The position numbers and the translations under genes were made by a program. A stretch of 64,000 bases of DNA, from contig CAWFCQ010000007.1 in assembly GCA_963814375.1 (NCBI GenBank), forward strand, positions 32,001 to 96,000. Reading direction: 5' to 3'. The notes beneath the pieces are model-generated. The model made no database searches. It worked only from the letters and a program-made list of their open reading frames with translations, and was not told where the DNA came from. This document shows, piece after piece, positions 53,466-62,614 of the stretch (the first letter of the stretch is position 1; each line of letters begins with the position of its first letter). The stretch is from an uncultured Chloroflexia bacterium. Lineage in GTDB: Bacteria; Chloroflexota; Limnocylindria; QHBO01.

Positions 53466-54712
53466 TCAGGGGTTGATCTCGATCGCCTCGACGATCCCGC
53501 GCAGCTCTTCAGCTCCGCATCCGGACGTCGCTGAACCAGAAGGCGTCGATATGATGCCGTCGCCATCCAGCATGGATGCATCCAGCCTCGCGTGCTCGTT
53601 GATGATCGGCCTTCGACGGTCGAGCATGCGAGAACCGCCAGCCGCCGGCGAGCTCGGGCCCTGAAGCAGGCCGCGATGTAGTTCGGTAATTCGCGGGAGC
53701 TCCGCATCCGTGACGTCGCTGAACCAGAAGGCGTCGATCATGATCCGTTGCCCCTCCACATCGAGTATCCAGACCTCGTCGTGCTCGTTGATGATGGCCT
53801 CACGGGTCCCGAGCACGTTCGAGAATCTCGCCAGCCGAGCGCAGTCGCCGTCGCCCCCTTCGAAGCTGTACTCGACGTGCTTACCGGCGTAGCCGGAGAG
53901 GGTGACGTCGGTGATCGCGGACGCATCGGTGAAGGGCTGCGCAGCGAGACCTTCGGCAAGCTCGTCGACCGACGGACCGAGCGGCGGGTCCATCTCTTCA
54001 GCGCCCGCGCATGCGTCCGCGGCGAGGTTGGGCACGATCGTGACGATGATGCCGCGCCCTCTCGGCGGGTCGTACGAGACCTGGTAGAGGGCGGCCCCGT
54101 GGATGCTGTTTCCCCCCAGATCCCCCAGTCATCGGTGAGCGGCACGGAGACCTGGATCGGGAAGGGGTCGCCGATGATGTACGTGCCTCTGTCGGAGCCG
54201 ACGGAGCGTGAACCCGCATGCCGGCAAGGTCGTCGAGCGCGGCGTCAGCTGCGCGTAGGCGACTCGGTCGCGGCGCCGACGAAGAGAGAACCGGGTCACC
54301 AATGCCGCCCTCTTGCCAGATGGCGAGGGCGTCCGAGGTGAACTCGAGCTGCACGTTCTGCACCGTGGATCCGTCCGGCATCGCACGGTCTCCGCCGAGA
54401 ACGGGTGGACGAGGGCCTCGGCAGCGCGCCGGCCGCCGGACTGTGCGGCGCCGCGTCGTTCGCGCTCGCCGAAGCTGCCGCACGGCGACGAAGGCAATGC
54501 CGACCGCCAGCACGCTGATGGCCGCGGCGGCCAGCCCGAACCGCATCGTTGTTCATGGTTGCAGTCCTCCGCGCCGGCCACCACGTGGCGCGGCGCTGGG
54601 GGGTCGCGTCGAGCTGATCTAGCACGGCGTCGAGGACGCGGTCCGCCGATTCGTGCTCGTCCGCACTCAGCCACGACCGGACGATGCGCGTCACGTCGCG
54701 ATCGGTGCTCAT
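53466..54712 (-). CDS. Putative anti-sigma/sensor protein of cassette 2, frameshifts and internal duplication
   Basis: MSTDRDVTRIVRSWL...WWPARRTATMNN, TM; DVTLSGYAGK; WILDVEGQRIMI...ELRGIVEAIEINP. Confidence 0.7.
53512..53840. repeat. Imperfect direct duplication (~140 bp, offset ~187) inside the anti-sigma gene
   Basis: GCTCCGCATCCG..GACGTCGCTGAACCAGAAGGCGTCGAT at ~53512 and ~53699; the first copy is indel-ridden. Confidence 0.75.
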
Positions 54713-55257
54713 TGGGCTACCTCCCGCATCGGTGGGCGAGCGTCGGCGTCGAGCGCCGCGCGCAGCCCGCGCATCGCGTAGTGAAGTCGAGAATTGACCG
54801 TCCCGACCGGGATGCCGAGCACCTCGGCAACCCGCTCGAGCGGCAGGTCGAGGTAGTGGCGCAGGACCACTACCGCGCGGTGTTCAAGGGAGAGCCGCCG
54901 GAACCCGCTCTCGAGCTGATCGCGGTCAACGACGGAGTCGATGCCGTCCGCCGCCATCGGCTCGTCAGCCGGCAGAAGGCGGAGGTTGGGTGCCCAGCGA
55001 CGTTGCTTTCGGCCCTCGGCATAGCAGGCGCGCACGAGGAGCCGGTACGACCAGGCCTCGAAGCGAGCCGGATCGCGCAGCTGCGGAAGGTCTCGCCAGA
55101 TGGTCAGCAGCGCCTGCTGCGTCGCATCCTCGGCGAGGTCGAGGTCGCGCAGGATCCTGCGCGCCACGGCGAGGTACCGATCGGCGATGCCGGCGGCAAG
55201 GTCGGCATAGGCCCCCTTGTCGCCACGCTGAGCTCGCACCACCAGGTCGGTATTCAT
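54709..55257 (-). CDS. ECF sigma-70 factor, cassette 2
   Basis: AEDATQQA, RDPARFEAW, GTVNSRLHYA; ATGA overlap with partner. Confidence 0.93.
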   Translation of the reverse strand: MNTDLVVRAQRGDKGAYADLAAGIADRYLAVARRILRDLDLAEDATQQALLTIWRDLPQLRDPARFEAWSYRLLVRACYAEGRKQRRWAPNLRLLPADEPMAADGIDSVVDRDQLESGFRRLSLEHRAVVVLRHYLDLPLERVAEVLGIPVGTVNSRLHYAMRGLRAALDADARPPMREVAQ

Positions 55258-55306
55258 CGCCTCATCCGCATGGGCGGCATCGGCTCAGACCGATGCGCTT
55301 CATACG

Positions 55307-55338
55307 GTATGGGTGATTGGCGCCGATGGGAACTTCAA
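55307..55338 (-). promoter_or_regulatory. Candidate ECF promoter
   Basis: TTGAA-N20-CCCATAC. Confidence 0.65.
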
Positions 55339-55374
55339 AGTTCGGCGGCGCCGACGGCGGACGCGCCGGGAGGC

Positions 55375-56647
55375 TCAGGCCGGTTCGGACCGCTCCTCGG
55401 GTGGCTTGGCCTCGTCGTCGCCCGACGCGGCGTCCTCGGCCAGGCGGTCGGCGGCGAGCGCGACGACCTCCTCGGGCGGGGCGTCGGGCTGCTCGCTGCG
55501 CACCTCCTCGAGAACCTCCTCCAGCTCGGCCTTCGGCGCGTCCTCGATCGTTCGCAGGTTGACCGCGTAGTTGAAGAAGACGTTCAGGACCGCGAAGATC
55601 GGAATGGCGAAGAGGGCACCCCACAGCCCGGCAATCTGTGCCCCGACCAGCAGGCTCACCAGCACGAGGATCGGATGCATTCCGAGGGCGTCGCGCATGA
55701 GCTTGGGCTGGAAGTAGTTCACGAGCACGGTCTGGACGACGAGGAGCAGGGGCGCGACGACGATCAGCCATTCAGGTTTGAAGATCGCGGTCGCCAGGAT
55801 CGGCGGCACCAGGGCCAGCGGCGGGCCGAAGAACGGGATCAGCATGGCCAGCGCCGAGGCCACCACGATCAGGAAGCCGTACGGAAGACCGACGAGCAGC
55901 ACGACCGCGATCGTGAGCGCCGTCTGGATTCGCGGCCAGGACGACCTGCGCTCGCAGGAATCCGCCGAAGGCCGTCGAGACGGTGCGTTCGAGGATCTCC
56001 GCCTCTTCCGCGTATCGGTTCGGGACGATCCGATTCATCCTGGCGACGATCGCCGTGCTGTCGGCGAGCATGTAGAGGCTGAGGATGATCACGAGCACGA
56101 GCGCTCCGAGGATCGCAACGGTGACGGCGGGCGCCTCCCCGAGCGCCGACTGCGCCAGCCGCAGCGCGGTCGCCTCGACGTCGCGGTAGAGGACGACCAG
56201 GTCCGGCGCAAATTCGCCGAATGAGATCGAGCTCTGCCAATCGGCCAGGGTGGCCTCGATGCGCTCACGAGTCTGCGGGAAGTCCGAGGCCGCCTCCCCA
56301 ACCGACGCGCCGATGGCCGAGGCCGCATAGAAGAGGAGAATCCCGCTGCCGACCAGGGTCGCGGCGTAGACGATGCCGACCGCGACACCTCGCCGCAGGC
56401 CTGCGCGCTCCACGAGCCACGCCACCACCGGCGACAGGACGAAGGCAAGCAGCCAGGCCATGAACACGATGAGGAAGATCTGCGCGAAGCCGCCGAGGAC
56501 CTGAAGGAGAAGGCCGAACAGCAGCAGGCCCACGTAGATCGTGCCCACGATGAGCAGGGCGGACAGCCACCAGCGGTCGCGCCGTCGCCGCGCGCTCGTG
56601 TCCTTCGCTCGGTTGTTTCCGGCCGGCTTCGCCGTTTGCTTCGCCAT
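55375..56647 (-). CDS. AI-2E family transporter, frameshift ~55925
   Basis: LSPVVAWL, FGGFLRAQ, IPFFGP, MHPILV, GLWGALFAIP. Confidence 0.88.
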
Positions 56648-56726
56648 CTCGTGGCGCAGTCTGCACGTCGCTGTCCAGCTCGGCAGTGCGCGCAGAACGA
56701 GCCCCGCTTCCGTGGGCTCAAGTTGC

Positions 56727-56758
56727 GCAGGGCGCAACCAATGGCGGTTGCGCCCTGC
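56727..56758. terminator. Hairpin downstream of amidase (no U-tract)
   Basis: GCAGGGCGCAACC-N6-GGTTGCGCCCTGC, perfect 13-bp stem. Confidence 0.55.
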
Positions 56759-56766
56759 CGTCCTAG

Positions 56767-58341
56767 CTAGGGCCCGATCGACGGGATGAACGTCGGCGGC
56801 ACGCGGACCATCGTCGCCTGCTCGAAGTCGTAGGCGAACGCGATCAGATCGGCCTCACTGAACTGTCCGCCGATGAACGAGACCCCGATCGGCAGAACGT
56901 CGTCGGCGTAGCCGGCGGGCACCGTCACGTTGGCCCAGCCGGTGATCGCCGATGGAGTCGACGAGCCGATGAACGGCGAGCCGTCGCTCAGGTCGCCGCC
57001 GACCGGATCGGTCAGCCAGGCCGGCCCGTTCGTCGGCGCGATGATCGCGTCGACGCCGGCGAGCGCCTCGGTGAGGGCGGTCTCGGCGATCCCGTCTGCC
57101 TCGGCGCGGATGGCGGCACATGCGGCGTCGCGGCCGTTCGTTGCCTCGGCCAGCTCGAAGATCTCCGAATCCCACGGGCCCTCGAGCTCCGGGTTGGCCT
57201 CATTGAAGTCGATGACGTCCTGCAGCGTCTTCGGGTATCCCACGCCGGTGTACGTCGCGAAGTACGCCGGCAGATCGGCCTTGAACTCGCACAGCAATGC
57301 GTCGAACTCGGGACCGAAGGAATCCTCGATGGCGACGTCGACCTCGACCACGGTGGCGCCCTGGGCTTCGATGGCGTCGACCGTGGCGTCCATGACGGCC
57401 GCCACGTCCGCGTCGAGGACCTCGCCCTCCGAGATGTAGGTGCCGTCGCGCCACACGCCGATGACCGCCCCCTCGAGCGCATCGGCGTCCAGGGATCCGG
57501 TGTAGTCGGCAGGCGTCGCCGCCATCGCGCCGAGGAGCACGGCTGCATCGGTGACGTTGCGCGCCATCGGACCCGCAGTGTCCTGCTCGGATGAGATCGG
57601 GATGATGCCCTCACCGCTGAGCAGGCCAAGCGTCGGCTTGATGCCGACGATGCCGTTCGCGCCGGAGGGGCATACGATCGAACCGTCGGTCTCGGTGCCG
57701 ACCGCCGCGACGGCGAGGCTCGCCGAGACAGCCACACCCGAGCCGGAGCTGGAGCCGCACGGGTTGCGGTCGAGGACGTAGGCCAGGTTCGTCTGGCCGC
57801 CGACGCCGCTCCAGCCGCTCGACGACGGGATCGAGCGGAAGTTCGCCCACTCGGAAAGGTTCGCCTTGCCGATGATGATGGCCCCGGCCGCTCTCAGCTG
57901 CTCGATGATGTCTGCGTCGGCGGGTGTGCTCCCGGCCAATGACCACGAGCCGCCGGTGTTCGGCATGCCGGTCGTGTTGATGTTGTCCTTCACGATGATC
58001 GGAATCCCGAGCAGCGGTCGATCGTCGCCACGACGCCGGGCCTTGTCGGCCGCGCGCGCCTCGGCGAGGGCCGTCGGGCTCACGGTGATGACCGCGTTGA
58101 GCATCCCGTCCAGCTTCTTGATCCGATGCAGATAGAACTGCGTCAGCTGCACCGCGGTCAGCTTGTGGCTGTCCATCAGCGCCTGGAGCTGCGGGATGGT
58201 CGACGCATCGACGTCGACCCCGCGGACCGTGGTGGAGGTCGGTTTCCTGCCCAGCGCAACTGGCGCGGCGATCGCCGACAGGGCGAGCAGCAGCGCCAAC
58301 AGGATGACAAGACCGATTGACCGTCGGGCGGGACCGTTCAT
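56767..58341 (-). CDS. Secreted amidase (amidase signature family)
   Basis: Signal peptide; VKDN, GKANLSEWA, CGSSSGS, GTETDGSI. Confidence 0.93.
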   Translation of the reverse strand: MNGPARRSIGLVILLALLLALSAIAAPVALGRKPTSTTVRGVDVDASTIPQLQALMDSHKLTAVQLTQFYLHRIKKLDGMLNAVITVSPTALAEARAADKARRRGDDRPLLGIPIIVKDNINTTGMPNTGGSWSLAGSTPADADIIEQLRAAGAIIIGKANLSEWANFRSIPSSSGWSGVGGQTNLAYVLDRNPCGSSSGSGVAVSASLAVAAVGTETDGSIVCPSGANGIVGIKPTLGLLSGEGIIPISSEQDTAGPMARNVTDAAVLLGAMAATPADYTGSLDADALEGAVIGVWRDGTYISEGEVLDADVAAVMDATVDAIEAQGATVVEVDVAIEDSFGPEFDALLCEFKADLPAYFATYTGVGYPKTLQDVIDFNEANPELEGPWDSEIFELAEATNGRDAACAAIRAEADGIAETALTEALAGVDAIIAPTNGPAWLTDPVGGDLSDGSPFIGSSTPSAITGWANVTVPAGYADDVLPIGVSFIGGQFSEADLIAFAYDFEQATMVRVPPTFIPSIGP

Positions 58342-58409
58342 CGCAGGAGAACCTCCACGCGGGCGGGGCGTGCGCCGCTCATCGGGCGCAATTGGACGCT
58401 CGCGGAGGC

Positions 58410-58425
58410 AGCAGGTTTCGTGCCG
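58410..58425 (-). promoter_or_regulatory. sigma54-like -24/-12 element
   Basis: CGGCACGaaacCTGCT on the minus strand, about 70 nt before amidase ATG. Confidence 0.45.
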
Positions 58426-58469
58426 CAACCCGCAGTCTCTGGCGGCGTGACAGCGGCTACGCTGACAGC

Positions 58470-58907
58470 GTGACGATTCAGCGGATGGACAACGTTGGGA
58501 TCGTCGTCGACGACCTCAAAGCTGCCATAGCGTTCTTCGTCGCACTGGGCCTGGAGCTGGAGGGCGAGGCGACGGTCGAGGGACAGTCGGTGGACCGCGT
58601 CGTAGGGCTCGACGGTGTCCGCAGCGACATCGCCATGCTGCGGACCCCGGACGGCCACGGCCGGATTGAGCTGAGCAAGTTCCACTCTCCGCCGGCGACC
58701 GCCGCCGAGCCGAACGCCCCGGTGAACCGGCTCGGCACGGGTCGCATCATGTTCGCCGTCGACGACATCGAGCAGGTCCTTGCCCGCGCGGAGGCGCTCG
58801 GCGCCGAGCTCGTCGGCGAGGTCGTGCAGTACGAGGACACATACCGGCTCTGCTACATCCGCGGCCCGGAAGGAATCCTCGTGGCGCTCGCGGAGGAGCT
58901 GAGCTGA
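58470..58907 (+). CDS. VOC/glyoxalase family protein
   Basis: MDNVGIVVDDL, IELSKF, LCYIRGPEGI. Confidence 0.9.
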   Translation: MTIQRMDNVGIVVDDLKAAIAFFVALGLELEGEATVEGQSVDRVVGLDGVRSDIAMLRTPDGHGRIELSKFHSPPATAAEPNAPVNRLGTGRIMFAVDDIEQVLARAEALGAELVGEVVQYEDTYRLCYIRGPEGILVALAEELS

Positions 58908-59417
58908 TGGAGACGTGGCAGGCCATCAACTCCGTGCGTGTCGTTCGAGAGTTCACGGATCAACCGCTCGATGAGGCGCACGTCGAACGCATCCTCAACG
59001 CCGGCCGGCGGACGGGCAGCTCGAAGAACCGTCAGATGTGGGCCTTCATCCACATCACCGACCGCGACCTCCTGGGCGAGCTGGCCGCGGTGGGTCGATA
59101 CGCGGGGCACCTTTCGGGTGCGGCAGCAGCGGTGGCGCTCGTGACGCCGGAGCCGGCGAGCCCATCGGTCATGTGGGACATCGGGCGGGCGGCGCAGAGC
59201 ATGGTCCTGGCCGCCTGGGAGCTCGGTATCGGCAGCGTGCCGGCAACCGTGTACGACCACGACATGGCGCATCGGCTGCTGGGGCTGCCCGAAGATCGGC
59301 GGTGCGACTTCCTGCTGTCGTTCGGTTACCCGGCCGACCCAGAGCCTGCTCACAGCGCCGAATCGATCAGGTGGACGCCTCCCGCTCGAGGAGGTCGTCC
59401 ACCGCGAACGCTGGTAG
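58907..59417 (+). CDS. Nitroreductase family protein, frameshift near end
   Basis: RVVREF, SSKNRQMW, DIGRAAQSM, FGYP. Confidence 0.88.
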
Positions 59418-59432
59418 GACCGATGCCGGCAG

Positions 59433-60337
59433 CTACGGCTCGATCTGGATCGAGTCCACCATCGCCCGGAGCTCGGCCTGGTGCTGCGCCGACGTCCCTT
59501 CGTAGTCATCGGCATGGATCACCACGCGGATGCCATCGACGTCGAGGATCCAGAGGTGCCATCGCTGGCCGGCCCCCTGGGCGTAGATTCCCGGATCCCA
59601 TGGGCGGTAGAACGCGCATCCGGTGAGATCCGCTGGCGTCTGAAGGTCCATGTACTTGCCGGAGTAGCCATCGAGCGTGATGTCGACGGGAGCTGTCGTG
59701 TCCAGCAGCGGATGCTCCGCGAGCGCGTTCGCAAAATCATCCACGCTGGGGCCAACTGGGATGTCAGGGTTCGCCTCGGCGCACGGATCGCTTGCCAGCC
59801 AGCTGCCCCGCATGAAGAGGAGGCTCGTACCGCCAGGCGGAGCTGCGCCCCCGTCAGTCAGCCAAAACACATTCTCGTCACTTTCGAACTGGGTCCAGCC
59901 CTCCGGGACGGTGAACGTGATGCTGATCTCGGCTGCCTCGGTGGGGTCGCAGTCGGGCCCGCTCGGCTCCGGACAGGCGCCCCACCCGCCGGCGTTCGCA
60001 AACGGATGGGCAACATAGGTACCCGCAGCCAGGCGCCCTGTATGGAGGGCAAGGGGAGTGCTGTTGGAATGGGCGTAGGGCCCGGATCTCCCAGGTTCTG
60101 ACCCGGTCCCAGGAATCTGAGGCCGATGAAGGCGACGACCAGGACGGCCGCGGCCGCCATGGCGATCTTCGCGGTGTTGTTCATTTCGGGAAGCCTCCGG
60201 CCGAGCCAGCCGGCCCGGCGCTGGGGGGTCGCGGGGAGCTGATCGAGCACGGTATCCAGGACAGCGTCCGGGAGCGCCGTGACGCCCTCCTCCAGCCACG
60301 ACCGAACGGTGCGCGTGACGTCGCGATCGGTGCTCAT
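59433..60337 (-). CDS. Putative anti-sigma/sensor protein of cassette 1, frameshift ~60060
   Basis: MSTDRDVTRTVRSWL...RRLPEMNNTAK, TM; FTVPEGW; DITLDGYSGK; WILDVDGIRVVI...AELRAMVDSIQIEP. Confidence 0.75.
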
Positions 60338-60882
60338 TGCGCAGCCTCCCGCGCAGTCGGCCGCGCGTCGGCGTCGAGCGCCGCGCGCAGCCCGCGCATC
60401 GCGTGATGAAGTCGAGATCGGGCCGTCCCGGCCGGGACGCCGAGCGTCTCGGCGACCTGGTCGAGCGGCATGTCGAGGTAGTGGTGCAGCACCACCACCG
60501 CGCGATGATCGATGGAGAGCCGCCGGAATCCGCGCTCGAGCTGGTCGCGATCGACGACCGCGCTCGAGCCATCCGCCTGCATCGGCTCAACGGAGGGAAG
60601 CAGGTGCATGTTCGGCGTCCATTGGCGCGATCGGCGTCCCTCGGCGTAGCAGGCGCGCACGAGGAGCCGATACGACCAGGCGTCGAAGCGCGCCGGATCG
60701 CGGAGCTGCGGAAGGTCCCGCCAGATCGCAAGCAGCGCCTGCTGCGTCGCGTCCTCGGCGAGCTCGATGTCGCGCAGGATCCTGTACGACACCGCATGGA
60801 GCCGGTCGCCGGCGGCCACGGCGAGGCTTGCGAAGGCCTCTTCGTCACCACGCTGCGCTCGAATCACGAGATCGGTATCCAT
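60334..60882 (-). CDS. ECF sigma-70 factor, cassette 1
   Basis: GDEEAF, AEDATQQA, RDPARFDAW, GTARSRLHHA. Confidence 0.93.
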   Translation of the reverse strand: MDTDLVIRAQRGDEEAFASLAVAAGDRLHAVSYRILRDIELAEDATQQALLAIWRDLPQLRDPARFDAWSYRLLVRACYAEGRRSRQWTPNMHLLPSVEPMQADGSSAVVDRDQLERGFRRLSIDHRAVVVLHHYLDMPLDQVAETLGVPAGTARSRLHHAMRGLRAALDADARPTAREAAQ

Positions 60883-60929
60883 GCCTCTTCCGCTGGGGCC
60901 GGGACTTCGCAGGGTCCGGCCCTCACACC

Positions 60930-60960
60930 GTATGGGCGCGTCGGTCGAGAACGGACTCAA
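60930..60960 (-). promoter_or_regulatory. Candidate ECF promoter
   Basis: TTGAG-N19-CCCATAC. Confidence 0.7.
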
Positions 60961-60975
60961 TCTTCGTGGGTCGGC

Positions 60976-61095
60976 AAGAAGCATCTCGAGCACGTGTACG
61001 ACAAGCTGAAGGTCCGGAGCCGGACGGAGGCACTGGCGCGAACCGGGCGCTCGGTGGGAGCTTCCCCGGGCCCGGCGGTTCAGGGTCAGGACTGA
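60976..61095 (+). pseudogene. C-terminal remnant of a LuxR-type HTH regulator
   Basis: KKHLEHVYDKLKVRSRTEALAR with no upstream HTH helices or start. Confidence 0.65.
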
Positions 61096-61166
61096 CGCAG
61101 CCGTTCTCGTGCGGCGGACACGTAGAAGCCGGGCGGAGCGTGGCTCCGCCCGGCGTCGGCGCGAGG

Positions 61167-61742
61167 TCAGTGACCGCCCATGTCACCGCCTTCCATGGCG
61201 CAATGGTTCTGGTTGGCATCGGCGATCGAAAGCGGTCCATCCGCCGGGAAGTCGAGGAAGGTGGCCACGAGGATTGTCTCCACCGTGGTGCTCGGATTGA
61301 GTGCGCTGTGGACGTTGCTGCCCGGATCGACGAACGCGGTGCCCGCCGGATAAGGTCGGTGCACGCAGTCGCTGGCCTGGATGTAGACCAGCTCGCCCTG
61401 GGCGACATTGACGATCACCGGGCCGGGGTGCGTGTGCCACGGGAACTGCGCGCCCGGCTGAATGGTGAATCGCGCCACAACCGTGCGCGAAGCCTCGGGC
61501 ATGTTGAGGACAGTGGTGCCCTTGCCGTCGAGCTTGACTTTCAGCTGCGCGCCTACCCGATCGGTGAACTGCGCCCGCGGTGTCAGCACCTCGACCGCGA
61601 TCGGTACCGGTGCCGCACGGACCAGGCCGGGCAGAACCGTGAGCGCAGCCAGCGCCATGCCCAGCGTTATCGCGAGGACGAGGCCGGCGACCGCAGCGGC
61701 AGTCCGACGCGACTTGGGCTGAATGCGGGTCAGGGTAAACAT
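61167..61742 (-). CDS. Exported cupin-domain protein
   Basis: Signal/TM segment; PGAQFPWHTHPGP...QGEL; GTAFVDPGSNVH. Confidence 0.85.
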   Translation of the reverse strand: MFTLTRIQPKSRRTAAAVAGLVLAITLGMALAALTVLPGLVRAAPVPIAVEVLTPRAQFTDRVGAQLKVKLDGKGTTVLNMPEASRTVVARFTIQPGAQFPWHTHPGPVIVNVAQGELVYIQASDCVHRPYPAGTAFVDPGSNVHSALNPSTTVETILVATFLDFPADGPLSIADANQNHCAMEGGDMGGH

Positions 61743-61805
61743 CGGTGGTGTTCCCTTCCGAGCTCGGGTGAACCGGCCGTCCCGACGGGGCGGTCACGTT
61801 GCTGT

Positions 61806-61836
61806 GTATGAGGCCCGTAGAGCGCGCAACGTTCAA
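61806..61836 (-). promoter_or_regulatory. Candidate ECF promoter (putative regulon target)
   Basis: TTGAA-N19-CTCATAC. Confidence 0.65.
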
Positions 61837-61885
61837 TCTTCGGATCGCGGTCGCCACCCGCACCTGAGGCGTTAGCCTGTGCCAC

Positions 61886-62613
61886 GTGAGCGAGAACCTC
61901 TGTTACACCGACGCCTATCTGCGTGAGACCGAGGCGACCGTCGTCGAGGTCGACGCCGATGCGCACGCCGTCCTTCTGGACCGCACCGTCTTCTACCCCG
62001 GCGGTGGTGGCCAACCATCGGACGAGGGCGAGCTCGCGGGCGACTCCGGGGGCACGTGGCGCGTCATCGGCGCGAAGAAGCGTGGCGACGACATCTGGCA
62101 CACGGTCGAGGACGGCGCCGAGCTCCCGATGGCGGACACGCGGTCACCGCTCAGCTCGACTGGGAGCGACGGCATCGGCTGATGCGGACGCACTCGGCGC
62201 TGCACGTGCTCTGCGGAGTGGTGTGGCGGGACCACCAGGCGTCCGTCACCGGCGGCAACATGGAGCCGCTGTCGGGCCGGATGGACTTCGAGTTCGAGAC
62301 GATGTCCGGTGAGCTCGTCGGCGAGATCGAGCGGCGGGTGAACGAGGAGATCGCCGCCGATCGCGAGATCCTCGTCAGCATCCTGCCGCGCGAGGAGGCC
62401 TTCGCGATCCCGGACCTCATCCGCACCAAGATCAACCTGCTGCCGGAGGGAATCAGCGAGGTGCGAACGATCGAGATCGTCGGCCTTGACCTCCAGGCCG
62501 ACGGAGGGACGCACGTAGCCCGCACCTCGGAGATCGGCCAGGTCAGGGTGACCGGCTACGAGTCCAAGGGGCGCATCAACAAGCGCATCCGGATCGAGGT
62601 CGCCGACGCCTGA
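61886..62613 (+). CDS. Alanyl-tRNA editing protein (AlaX-M type), frameshift ~62140
   Basis: TVFYPGGGGQPSD, MRTHSALH, DLQADGGTHV. Confidence 0.9.
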
Positions 62614-62614
62614 C

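Noticed and set aside
53512-53840. Diversity-generating retroelement TR/VR pair
   Set aside because: Differences are mainly indels rather than adenine-specific substitutions, and no reverse transcriptase is in the window.
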